NCBI GenBank assembly: GCA_937967455.1
Contig: CALCJK010000016.1
Coordinates: 27,485-91,484, forward strand
Direction: 5' to 3'
Length of the DNA stretch: 64,000 bases
Source: an uncultured bacterium
GTDB taxonomy: Bacteria; Bacteroidota; Ignavibacteria; UBA10030; BY39
In this document: piece after piece, positions 1 to 8,803 of the stretch
Layout of the letters: every line of letters starts with the position of its first letter
How positions within the stretch are numbered: the first letter of the stretch is position 1
Notes under the pieces: model-generated
Seen by the model: the letters and a program-made list of their open reading frames with translations, nothing else
The model's database searches: none
Told to the model about the DNA's origin: nothing
Position numbers and translations under genes: made by a program

Positions 1-1
1 T

Positions 2-448
2 TTTTTCATTTTTTTAGTCGCAACAAATAGTTGCAGGAAAAAATCTGAATTAGAAAAATTAATTCCAGAGAAATTAGGTAATTTTGAACTGGAACAGATT
101 GAGCATAATACTGAAAATATTTTAATCCATTCTACAATAAAACCCACAAATAACTTAAAAGCAACATATTTATTTAAACAAAATTCTGCTGAACTTTATT
201 TGTATAGCTATAAAGATACTATAAGTGCTATTTCCGCATTTCACTATATTATGAGAGAATTGAGATCGGATACAGTTAATTACAAACATATTATACCTCG
301 ATTTGATGTGAATATATTCTTTATAATGGCATTAAAGGATGATAAAGCTAATTATGTTTTCACGAAATCAAGGTATATTTACTGGTTAAATTGTGATAAA
401 CGCTCAGGTGAGAATATTATTAAAGATCTTATAAATTATAGTCGTTGA
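2..448 (+). CDS. hypothetical lipoprotein, 5'-truncated by the window edge
   Basis: The reading frame is open from position 2 through the TGA at 446-448, so the 82-aa track ORF at 200-448 is just the tail of this longer frame. The N-terminal residues FFIFLVATNSCRKK look like the end of a signal peptide with a lipobox-like cysteine. No family recognised. Confidence 0.4.
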   Translation, partial: FFIFLVATNSCRKKSELEKLIPEKLGNFELEQIEHNTENILIHSTIKPTNNLKATYLFKQNSAELYLYSYKDTISAISAFHYIMRELRSDTVNYKHIIPRFDVNIFFIMALKDDKANYVFTKSRYIYWLNCDKRSGENIIKDLINYSR

Positions 449-506
449 TAATTATTTAAATTCTTTTTATATTTATCTAAATTTAAATTAAACATAAGAT
501 AATAAA

Positions 507-580
507 GCGCCAGTAGCTCAACTGGATAGAGCATCAGCCTACGGAGCTGAGGGTTAGGGGTTCGACTCCCTTCTGGCGCG
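507..580 (+). tRNA. tRNA-Arg (anticodon ACG)
   Basis: The cloverleaf is readable by eye. The 7-bp acceptor stem pairs GCGCCAG (507-513) with CTGGCGC (573-579). The D arm is GCTC...GAGC, the anticodon stem TCAGC/GCTGA with loop CTACGGA (anticodon ACG), and the T arm contains GGTTCGACTCC. The discriminator is G580. No CCA is encoded. Confidence 0.85.
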
Positions 581-604
581 CATTATTAATTAATTAACTA
601 TTCG

Positions 605-1720
605 ATGGATTCTGCAGAAAAAGACAAAATATTAATAGTTGATGATGAAGAAATCCTCAGATTTCTGATATCTTCAAAGTTGGAGGAGGCGGGATTTAAA
701 GTTGATACTGCATCAAATGGTATGATATGTTTACAAAAACTTCCAGCTTTCCAGCCAGATCTTATAATCCTTGATATAAATATGCCACTTATGGATGGCA
801 TTTCAACAGCGCTTGAAATTAGAAAAAATAAATCTTTCTCTAAAATTCCGATAATCTTTCTGACTGGCGCAGATTCAACTGATTCAGTACGTGCTGCTTT
901 TGAAGCAGGTGGCGATGAATTTCTATCTAAACCAATTAACGCAGATGAACTTTTAATCAGAATCAACGCTCTTTTGAGAATGTACAGAGCCGAAGTGGAA
1001 GCTGAAAATCTATCACGGAAATTTCATTATTTGCTTATACAGGATTTTTTAAATTATTCTACTGCCGTTAAGTTACCACTAACAATGCTTGCTGAAGAAT
1101 CACTCGGACCTCTAAATGAACAACAAAAAGAAATTGTTAATTTAGCTATTAAAGCATTAAATGAAAATATACAACTCCTGCAGGAAACGGCTCTTTTTAT
1201 AAAATTAGATCCAACCAAAATTGCAATTAATCGTAAACCTCAAAATATTATCAAGCTGATAAATGAGAACATACAAAAATTCAATATATTGATTGATAAA
1301 AAAAATATTGTGTTATATACCGATTTCCCATCTGATGAGCTAATACTTGAAATAGATGAAGAACACATTAAACAATCACTATTTTTGCTATTAAATTATG
1401 TGATAGAGCGGGTACCTAATAGAAGTAATATTCATCTTGGAGTATCGCTGATGGATGGCTTGTCTGGAGAAGAAAAATATTTTAAATTTTCCATCAAGGA
1501 TTCCAGTGAACCAATAAGTGAAGATGAAATTAATCTTTTAATCGATCGGTACGAACAAGCCAGATGGAATAAAATAAGCATGGAAAAAAACTTATCACTC
1601 ACTATTTGCAAACTCGTTATTGAGGCACATAATGGCAAATTCTGGTGCGAAAGTAAAGAGGATGGCAATTATTATAATTTTTCAATACCGATGAATCTAC
1701 TCAATAATAAAAATTTGTAA
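605..1720 (+). CDS. response-regulator receiver domain fused to a degenerate histidine-kinase-like (DHp + HATPase_c-like) region
   Basis: The N-terminus is a canonical CheY-like receiver: the DD pair in ILIVDDEE, the phospho-acceptor Asp in DLIILDINMP, and a conserved Lys in LSKP. The C-terminal half aligns by eye to the catalytic half of the sensor kinase at 30855-32627 (NLSLTICKLVIEAHNGKFW against GLGLWICKEIVEAHKGRIW). The G1 box reads DSSEP instead of DxGxG. The G2 box has lost its glycines, and the H-box histidine appears replaced. Confidence 0.75.
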   Translation: MDSAEKDKILIVDDEEILRFLISSKLEEAGFKVDTASNGMICLQKLPAFQPDLIILDINMPLMDGISTALEIRKNKSFSKIPIIFLTGADSTDSVRAAFEAGGDEFLSKPINADELLIRINALLRMYRAEVEAENLSRKFHYLLIQDFLNYSTAVKLPLTMLAEESLGPLNEQQKEIVNLAIKALNENIQLLQETALFIKLDPTKIAINRKPQNIIKLINENIQKFNILIDKKNIVLYTDFPSDELILEIDEEHIKQSLFLLLNYVIERVPNRSNIHLGVSLMDGLSGEEKYFKFSIKDSSEPISEDEINLLIDRYEQARWNKISMEKNLSLTICKLVIEAHNGKFWCESKEDGNYYNFSIPMNLLNNKNL

Positions 1721-1729
1721 GGCAATCTG

Positions 1730-2122
1730 ATGGAAATATCAATTTTGAAATCTTCAATTTTAATCGTGGATGACTCCGATTATATTAAAGCTATTACAAG
1801 CACTCTCTTAAAAAGAGAAGGTTTCACAAATATTTTTGTTGCAAGCGATGGAATCTCTGCTCTTGAAAAATTTAAGGAAATTAATCCGGACATTGTTATC
1901 CTTGATATAATGCTACCCAAAATGAATGGTCTGGATGTTTTATTAGAAATGAGGAAGTTAAATCCACAGGCAAAAATTATTGTTATCTCATCCCTTGCAA
2001 CAATAGAAAATATACAGCAAGCAAAAAATTTAGGTGCAGCATATTATCTTGTTAAACCTTTCGATAATCAATACTTTATAAAAGTTGTAATAGATTTACT
2101 AACTACAAAAGGAAAGGAGTAG
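1730..2122 (+). CDS. single-domain CheY-like response regulator
   Basis: ILIVDDSDYIK, the phospho-acceptor Asp in DIVILDIMLPKMNG, and the conserved Lys in LVKPF. At 130 aa it is receiver only. It begins 10 nt after the upstream stop. Confidence 0.85.
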   Translation: MEISILKSSILIVDDSDYIKAITSTLLKREGFTNIFVASDGISALEKFKEINPDIVILDIMLPKMNGLDVLLEMRKLNPQAKIIVISSLATIENIQQAKNLGAAYYLVKPFDNQYFIKVVIDLLTTKGKE

Positions 2123-2124
2123 CT

Positions 2125-2448
2125 ATGTTATGTCCTACTTGTAACAACGAAAACGCCCCTCAAAGATTATATTGTGCTAAATGTGGAAGTATGTTAAATT
2201 CTAAAAGACACTTTTGTGGATTTGTTAATAACGAATCAGATATTTATTGTGGTGGTTGTGGCATGATTTTGAAAGAATCTGAGGTAAAACCTGATGTTGA
2301 TATTAAAGGTAAAAATATTTTTAGCCTAAATACCGAATTAATAACCGAAGAGGATATAAAAAATATTCTTGAGGAGTGTTCATTACAGTTTACATCCAGG
2401 AAATCATCTCTAACTCAGGAAGAAATAGAAAAATTATTCAAATCATAA
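2125..2448 (+). CDS. small double zinc-ribbon protein
   Basis: Two CxxC...CxxC pairs (CPTCN...CAKCG and FCGF...YCGGCG) sit in the first 50 aa. An RBS-like AAAGGAAAGGAG lies upstream. The start is 3 nt after the upstream stop. Confidence 0.5.
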   Translation: MLCPTCNNENAPQRLYCAKCGSMLNSKRHFCGFVNNESDIYCGGCGMILKESEVKPDVDIKGKNIFSLNTELITEEDIKNILEECSLQFTSRKSSLTQEEIEKLFKS

Positions 2449-2466
2449 AAACAAAAGGGAGTTGAT

Positions 2467-4149
2467 ATGTTATTTGATGAAGATATCGCCTTTATTACAA
2501 ACTTAATTACCAAGAATATTTTAGATAAAACGCAATACGAGAGATTGCAAAAAACTTTGAAAGAAAGCCCAAACCGTACCTGTACTGATGTGCTAGTTGA
2601 AGAATTTGGTATTTCAGATAGTTTGATAAGACAGGAGATTGCAAAATTATATAACATTCCAGAAGTTGTCATAAATGAGGGAAACATTACATTAAAAGAA
2701 AGTTTATTATCTAACGCAACTTGCATAAAATATCGATTAATTCCTGTGAGTGTAATGGGTACGGAGCTGACTGTAGCTTTTATAAACTCACCATACAAAA
2801 ATTTGCTTGAATTATTAAAGCAGGAGGCTAAAAAAGTAATAATTCCTGTGGTAATTTCTTATTCAAATTTTAAGAACCTTTTGAAGTCATCTGCTAAAGA
2901 AGAACAAGTAAAAATTGTTAGTAAAATAAATTTCGAGCAATTTGATATTCGTAAAGTAAGTAAGGATAAAATATTAGAGGCACACAAACTCGGGCGATTA
3001 CCATCTATTGAAACTTTACTCGACGAAATAATCATTCAAGCATTAAATGCAAATGCACACGATATCCACTTTGAAACCTTGGAAAATGAACTCCGCGTAA
3101 GAATTGATAAAGATGGTGTGTTTGAAAGATTGGTTTCTTTCCCAAAGGAGTTTATTGAATTTTTTGGCAATGTTATTAAAACTAAAAGTGGACTTAATAC
3201 TTTTGAAAGAAAAAAACCACAAGAAGGCTCGTATACTGTTGAAATCGGAAATAATGAAATAGATATTCGTGTTATTACTTTACCAGTACTCTTTGGAGAA
3301 AGAATAGCACTCAGGTTATTTATTAAGAAAGCAACCATTAAACCAATTGAAGACCTGGGATTTTTAAATAAAGATCTTGATAATATACTTTATCTGTTAA
3401 ATAAACCCTTTGGCTTGATTTTAATTACAGGCCCTGCAAGCAGTGGTAAAAGTACATCTCTTTATGGGATGGTGAGTGAGTTAAATCGACCAGAAAAAAA
3501 TATTATTACTGTTGAAGATCCCATCGAGTTTAAACTTGATTTTGCTACTCAGGTAAATCTCGGTACCGATTCATCATCAAATTTGGAAATTTTAAAAGCA
3601 ATTTTAAAACAAAGACCTAATGTTATAATGCTTAGCGAAATTCGTGATGCTGAGACTGGGATTATTGCTGCTGAGGCTGCTTTAAATGGAAATCTTGTGC
3701 TCTCCACAATGCTTGCGGACAGTGCAATCGGTACTATCCCGCAATTATTACACAAGGGTATTCCAAACCACTGGCTGGCACCAACTTTACTCGGAGTAAT
3801 AAGTCAAAAATTGGTAAGAAAAATTTGTAACGATTGTAAAGAAGAGTATATCCCATCCAGAGAGGAACTTCAAAGAATTGGGATTCAAGATGTTAATCTT
3901 GAATTAAAATTTTATAGAGGGAAAGGCTGTTCAAATTGTGGTGGGACTGGCTATAGTGGTAGAACCATAATTTATGAGATATTAATAGTTGATGAGGAAA
4001 TGAGAAATCAAATTTTTCAGGACCCTTCAATTAAAAAATTGAAAGAAATAGCAATCAATGGTGGTTTTAAAAATATTAGATATAATGCAGTTAAAAAAAT
4101 TCTTCTTGGAGATGTTTCAACATCAGAAGTCGTTAGAGCATTAGGATGA
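2467..4149 (+). CDS. GspE/PilB-family secretion/pilus ATPase with N-terminal GspE_N-like domain and C-terminal tetracysteine motif (atypical motifs)
   Basis: Walker A reads GPASSGKST, the Asp box/Walker B region reads [12 protein letters not shown], and the C-terminus carries CNDCK...CSNCGG (CxxC...CxxC). The N-terminal roughly 110 aa resemble a T2SS-E N-terminal domain. The His-box region reads [11 protein letters not shown], so the usual His is missing. Confidence 0.8.
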   Translation: MLFDEDIAFITNLITKNILDKTQYERLQKTLKESPNRTCTDVLVEEFGISDSLIRQEIAKLYNIPEVVINEGNITLKESLLSNATCIKYRLIPVSVMGTELTVAFINSPYKNLLELLKQEAKKVIIPVVISYSNFKNLLKSSAKEEQVKIVSKINFEQFDIRKVSKDKILEAHKLGRLPSIETLLDEIIIQALNANAHDIHFETLENELRVRIDKDGVFERLVSFPKEFIEFFGNVIKTKSGLNTFERKKPQEGSYTVEIGNNEIDIRVITLPVLFGERIALRLFIKKATIKPIEDLGFLNKDLDNILYLLNKPFGLILITGPASSGKSTSLYGMVSELNRPEKNIITVEDPIEFKLDFATQVNLGTDSSSNLEILKAILKQRPNVIMLSEIRDAETGIIAAEAALNGNLVLSTMLADSAIGTIPQLLHKGIPNHWLAPTLLGVISQKLVRKICNDCKEEYIPSREELQRIGIQDVNLELKFYRGKGCSNCGGTGYSGRTIIYEILIVDEEMRNQIFQDPSIKKLKEIAINGGFKNIRYNAVKKILLGDVSTSEVVRALG

Positions 4150-4622
4150 AACAGGAACAGAAAAGATATGAATATTGGATGGAAATTGCCCTCAGAGAAG
4201 CAGAAAAAGCCTATGAAAATGATGAAGTTCCAGTTGGAGCCATCATTGTTTTTTCAAATCAAATTATAGGTAAAGGTTATAATCAGATTGAAAAATTGCA
4301 GGATCCGACTGCGCATGCAGAGATGATCGCAATTACAGCAGCTGCATCATACTTGAAATCGCGTAGGTTTGAAGGTTGTGAGATGTATGTAACGCTTGAA
4401 CCCTGTGCAATGTGTGCAGGAGCAATAGTTTTAGCCCGTATTCCAACACTGATTTTTGGAGCGTATGATAATAAAGCTGGTGCCTGTACTTCTCTTTATA
4501 CAATAGTAAACGATATTCGATTAAACCATCGTGTACATACAAAAGGTGGGATTTTAGAGGATAAATGTAGTAATTTGCTAAAGGAATTTTTTCTTACAAA
4601 AGCCCGTAAAAATAGTGTTTAA
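4146..4622 (+). CDS. tadA: tRNA-specific adenosine deaminase
   Basis: The CMP/dCMP-deaminase zinc motifs HAEMIAI and PCAMCAGAI are present. The size (158 aa) fits. The start codon overlaps the upstream stop as ATGA. Confidence 0.85.
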   Translation: MKQEQKRYEYWMEIALREAEKAYENDEVPVGAIIVFSNQIIGKGYNQIEKLQDPTAHAEMIAITAAASYLKSRRFEGCEMYVTLEPCAMCAGAIVLARIPTLIFGAYDNKAGACTSLYTIVNDIRLNHRVHTKGGILEDKCSNLLKEFFLTKARKNSV

Positions 4623-4750
4623 ATAATTGCTTTTTAATTCAAATTTTCTTATAATCCACTTGAAGCCTGGCAGTTGTGTCACCACCGCCTCCCGATTAAA
4701 TATATATGTTCTGATAATAAAGATTTAAAAATAAAAAAAGGAGTTGTTAT

Positions 4751-7700
4751 ATGAAAAAGATAATTTACTTTTTGTTCTACATTATTATTTTATTAGTAAT
4801 TTTCTATGATGATGCTAAATCACAACAGGTTTTATTATATGAAGGATTTGAGTCACCTGCATCTCCAGGATTACCACCAGGATGGACAACTACAACAATC
4901 CGTCGTCCAACTGGTGACTGGTTCGATACGACTTTAGTTGCTAATTCGGGTTCACAGGTATGTTATAATATTGATGCAACAAAAGAACAAATATTATACA
5001 CTCCTTCAATTAATTTTACAGGTTATTTAGCTGATTCAATTATATTTTATGCTAGAAGATCATCATCATTTAATGCGATCTTAAGTTGGGAAGTATCAAC
5101 AAACAATGGAAGTACTTGGGAATTAATTGACACACTCGTATATTCTATTCCTACTGGTGGTTTCAAAAAATATTCTTTTAAAATTCCCTCATTTGTTGAT
5201 AATTTGAGTAATGTCAAATTTAGATATAGGAATCAGGGTAATGGAACTGGAGCTGGTGGAACTATTCGAATTGATGATGTTACAATTTATGGTTTGAAAA
5301 CAGCAATTGACGATGGTGATGGAACTGCAACATTAGTAAATGATGGCGCAGGAATATTAAATGGATCACCAATATTTTCTAGGAACAGTTCAGGGCAAAC
5401 AATAAAAGTAACAATTACAGGTTTATCAGTAGGATTATTGGATCAAGTTCGTCTCACTGTCCCATCCGATTTCTCAGGCTTTAGTGGTAGCAATGTTACT
5501 CTTGGCGGTGCATTTGCTGGTAAATCAACAAGCATAGTTGGTAACAAAATAACTGTACTCAATGCTGCATTAGGAACAACTCCTGGTACAATTACTATCT
5601 CAAATCTAACATCCCCGAATCCGGTGGGTTCGGCACTGAATGGAAACTCAACCTGGTTAGTAGAAACTGCAAAATTAGGTGGGACTTTAACACCTATCCT
5701 CGTTTCACCAATTTCATATACAATAATTCCAATTTCTAATATCAAAACTGGTGGAGTTGATGGTTATGGTAATAGCGACGACGGTAATACACCGGTAATG
5801 TTGGGACAGATTGTTGCAGTTAGTGGGGTTGCAACAATTGAACATCAAGTTTTGAACACTGCAAGTTATACAAGCTTTTACATACAGGAAGGCACATACG
5901 GGTTACAGGTATTTAGAAATGCTGCACCAGTTGTAACCTGGGTAAGGGGCGATCAGTTAATATTAAGAGGTACAATAGGGCAATATAATGGTGGTATGCA
6001 AATAGTCCCATTCAGTGGAACTTCACCCAATTTCTTTAATCTGGGTGCTGGTACAATGCCAAGTCCGTTAATTCTTACAAACGCTTCAGATATAACTGAA
6101 CAGTATGAAGGAAGGTTAATTCAGCTAAATAATGCAACCTTCGATTCTGCCGGTCAGACATTTATTGGTAGTGCGGTAGATCGTGGTATGAATAATTTTA
6201 GGACATCACCGGTTGATACAGGTACTTTGTTTATACATGGTTCTAACACAGCTGTAGTAGGCAAAACAATTCCTGCATCTGCAAATATTCTCGGTGTGGT
6301 ACATCAGCGTAATGATATAATTGGTGCAGGGCAAACAAAATATAAAATTGCAATCCGAAATATGGCAGACCTTGGACTTAATCCTGCTGATGGTTCAGGT
6401 ACAGCTACGATAAGTCCAACTCAACAGATTGTTGGTACCACATCGTTGACACAGACCATTGTACTCAAAGGTGATGGAGTTAATACAATAGGTGGAATGA
6501 GTGTAACAATACCATCAAGTTGGACCTGGACTGGGAATGCCGCTCATGTCGATATTTCAGGACCTGGTTTTGCATCAGCATCAAAAGCAATTAGTGGAGA
6601 TGGAAGTTCAGGAAATCCCTGGGTTATTACACTTGAACCAACGGCAGTAACAAATTCAGACACTGGAATTGTTACAATTACAAATTTGACAGCTCCATCG
6701 GTTACAGGTTCAACCACATTTTTTATTAAAACCAAAGGTGTTGGTGGTACATATGAAGCAATCGGTGTTCAACCAACTGTTACAATAATTACAGCCCCAG
6801 CTACGCTTCCATTTGTAGAGATTTTTGATTATCCAACAGGAGATAAGCTTACTGATCACGACTGGAGTGCACATAGTGGTGCTGGAACTAATTCAATAAC
6901 GGTAAATGCAGATCCGTTAATTTATAGCGGTTACATTCATTCTGGTGTTGGTAAATCTGTTACTTTAACTACATATGGCGAGGATGTTAACAGAGTATTT
7001 GAATCTGTTAACACCGGATCTATTTATGCTTCGTTTATGGTAAAATTCGATACAGCATTGGCTTCACCCGAATATTTCTTCCACTTGAGTCCTGCTGGAG
7101 TACCAACTACTCATACTGCAAGAATTTATTTCAAAAAAGATCCATCTGGAAATATTGCTTTTGGTGTAACCAAAGGTGCGGCACCTGATACTGGATGGAC
7201 AGCTTATAATTATTCATTAGGTACTACATATTTATGTGTGTTGAAATATACATTTAATACAGGCTCGACTACTGACGATGAAATTAAACTCTGGATTAAT
7301 CCTGACTTGAGCGGATCAGAACCAACAGCTGATATAATTTATACAACTTCAACCAATGATCCAAGCAATTTAGGTACTGTTGCACTACGGCAGGGTGCAG
7401 GCAATTCTACACCTGCAGTAACAATTGGTGGTTTGAGAATAGCAACAAGCTGGATACCGTCAAGCTCGACTTCTTTAAATATTGTCTATAACCAGGGATG
7501 GAATATGATTTCTGTGCCGGTTATAGTTCCAGACTTCAGAAAATCTGTTGTCTTCCCAACAGCTGTCTCCTCAGCTTTTGCGTTTGATAATGGATATAAA
7601 ACAAAAGATACTTTGGAAAATGGAGTAGGTTACTGGTTGAAATTTGCCTTTAACCAAACTGTTTCGATGGATGGTATACCTCGCATTTCAGATAGCTGCA

Positions 7701-8635
7701 ATGTTAAACAGGGATGGAATATGATTGGAACATTGAGTGTTCCCGTTTTAGTCAGTCAAGTGACTCCTGGTTCTGGAGTAACGATTCTTTCACAATTCTA
7801 TGGTTATCTTAATGGTTATCAAACTGTAGATACACTGAAACCAGGTAAAGCTTATTGGGTTAAAGTATCCGCTGATGGTAAGTTGTATTTGAATTCTACA
7901 TTAAAATATTCGAAACAAAGAGATGCGTTATTGGAAAAAGTTAAGAAATTAAATACAATTACAATTAAAGATGCTGCTGGATCAATACAAACACTGTACT
8001 TTGGGGAAGATGAGAATTTATTAGCGAATATTGATTATTTCGAACTTCCACCTGCAGCACCTGCAAATGTATTTGATGTTAGGTATCAAACAAATCGTTT
8101 TGTTGAGCTCTTTTCATCAAAATCTAATTCTGTGGAATCTTATCCAGTATCAATATCTGGAGCTGTTTATCCGCTTACAATTGAATGGAGTATTAATAAC
8201 TCGAATGATCTTGTTTACGAATTAAGCCAGGTTATCGATCAGGATCAAAGAAATCACATTACACTTAATCAATCAGGAAGTATTCAGATTACAGATAATA
8301 ATGTTATCGGATTACAGCTTAAAGCTGGTGGTAAAGAATTAATGCCCAAAGAATTTGGGTTGAGCCAGAATTATCCAAATCCGTTTAATCCAACAACAAA
8401 AATGATTATTTCACTACCTAAGAATGCCTATGTGAAATTAGCTATTTATGATATATTGGGTAGAGAAGTTGAAAAATTAATTGATAAGGATATGACAGCT
8501 GGTAATCATACGGTTGAAATTAGCTTAAATTCAACGAAATCACTACCAAGTGGTGTATATTTTGCGAAAATGACCGCAAAATCAGCAGATTATGAAAATT
8601 TGAATTTTGTGCGGAAGATCACAATTTTGAAGTAA
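4751..8635 (+). CDS. large secreted protein with T9SS C-terminal sorting domain (function unknown)
   Basis: A signal peptide (MKKIIYFLFYIIILLVIF) leads a Gly/Thr/Ser-rich body. The C-terminus carries the Por-secretion-tail signature QNYPNPFNPTT...LAIYDILGREV...LPSGVYFAKM. A strong RBS AAAGGAG is present. An internal duplicated GWNMI...GYWLKF / GWNMIG...AYWVKV module is visible. Confidence 0.7.
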   Translation: MKKIIYFLFYIIILLVIFYDDAKSQQVLLYEGFESPASPGLPPGWTTTTIRRPTGDWFDTTLVANSGSQVCYNIDATKEQILYTPSINFTGYLADSIIFYARRSSSFNAILSWEVSTNNGSTWELIDTLVYSIPTGGFKKYSFKIPSFVDNLSNVKFRYRNQGNGTGAGGTIRIDDVTIYGLKTAIDDGDGTATLVNDGAGILNGSPIFSRNSSGQTIKVTITGLSVGLLDQVRLTVPSDFSGFSGSNVTLGGAFAGKSTSIVGNKITVLNAALGTTPGTITISNLTSPNPVGSALNGNSTWLVETAKLGGTLTPILVSPISYTIIPISNIKTGGVDGYGNSDDGNTPVMLGQIVAVSGVATIEHQVLNTASYTSFYIQEGTYGLQVFRNAAPVVTWVRGDQLILRGTIGQYNGGMQIVPFSGTSPNFFNLGAGTMPSPLILTNASDITEQYEGRLIQLNNATFDSAGQTFIGSAVDRGMNNFRTSPVDTGTLFIHGSNTAVVGKTIPASANILGVVHQRNDIIGAGQTKYKIAIRNMADLGLNPADGSGTATISPTQQIVGTTSLTQTIVLKGDGVNTIGGMSVTIPSSWTWTGNAAHVDISGPGFASASKAISGDGSSGNPWVITLEPTAVTNSDTGIVTITNLTAPSVTGSTTFFIKTKGVGGTYEAIGVQPTVTIITAPATLPFVEIFDYPTGDKLTDHDWSAHSGAGTNSITVNADPLIYSGYIHSGVGKSVTLTTYGEDVNRVFESVNTGSIYASFMVKFDTALASPEYFFHLSPAGVPTTHTARIYFKKDPSGNIAFGVTKGAAPDTGWTAYNYSLGTTYLCVLKYTFNTGSTTDDEIKLWINPDLSGSEPTADIIYTTSTNDPSNLGTVALRQGAGNSTPAVTIGGLRIATSWIPSSSTSLNIVYNQGWNMISVPVIVPDFRKSVVFPTAVSSAFAFDNGYKTKDTLENGVGYWLKFAFNQTVSMDGIPRISDSCNVKQGWNMIGTLSVPVLVSQVTPGSGVTILSQFYGYLNGYQTVDTLKPGKAYWVKVSADGKLYLNSTLKYSKQRDALLEKVKKLNTITIKDAAGSIQTLYFGEDENLLANIDYFELPPAAPANVFDVRYQTNRFVELFSSKSNSVESYPVSISGAVYPLTIEWSINNSNDLVYELSQVIDQDQRNHITLNQSGSIQITDNNVIGLQLKAGGKELMPKEFGLSQNYPNPFNPTTKMIISLPKNAYVKLAIYDILGREVEKLIDKDMTAGNHTVEISLNSTKSLPSGVYFAKMTAKSADYENLNFVRKITILK

Positions 8636-8681
8636 GATTATCACTATTTTAGTTACAAGAGAAGCACCGCTCTTAAAAAAT

Positions 8682-8716
8682 AATGTCCCGGCTCGAAATT
8701 TATGAGCTGGGACATT
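8682..8716. terminator. 13-bp hairpin (AATGTCCCGGCTC / GAGCTGGGACATT, 9-nt loop) in the gap between two T9SS cargo genes; possible terminator or attenuator
   Basis: The inverted repeat has one G-U position. The T-tract follows on the minus strand (AUUAUUUUUUAA) rather than clearly on the plus strand, so the direction is ambiguous. Confidence 0.3.
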
Positions 8717-8803
8717 ATGAAAAATATATAAAGCCCAGCGACTATATTAATTAGGATCAAAAAAGTTTTTCTGAAAAATGAAAATTCTAAAAGGAGTAAT
8801 ACC

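Noticed and set aside
200-448. 82-aa ORF called as an independent gene starting at 200
   Set aside because: The same frame is open all the way from position 2. The ORF at 200 is just an internal TTG/Met of a longer gene truncated by the window edge.
598-966. 122-aa antisense ORF overlapping the receiver domain gene
   Set aside because: It lies entirely inside a well-supported plus-strand receiver-domain CDS. It has no motif or RBS and is a typical spurious antisense frame in AT-rich DNA. The same applies to the other short antisense or nested track ORFs, for example 1432-1668, 2415-2798, 3036-3338, 5443-5745, 8031-8225, 11425-11640, 15144-15422, 21251-21601, 33083-33997 and 50109-51153.
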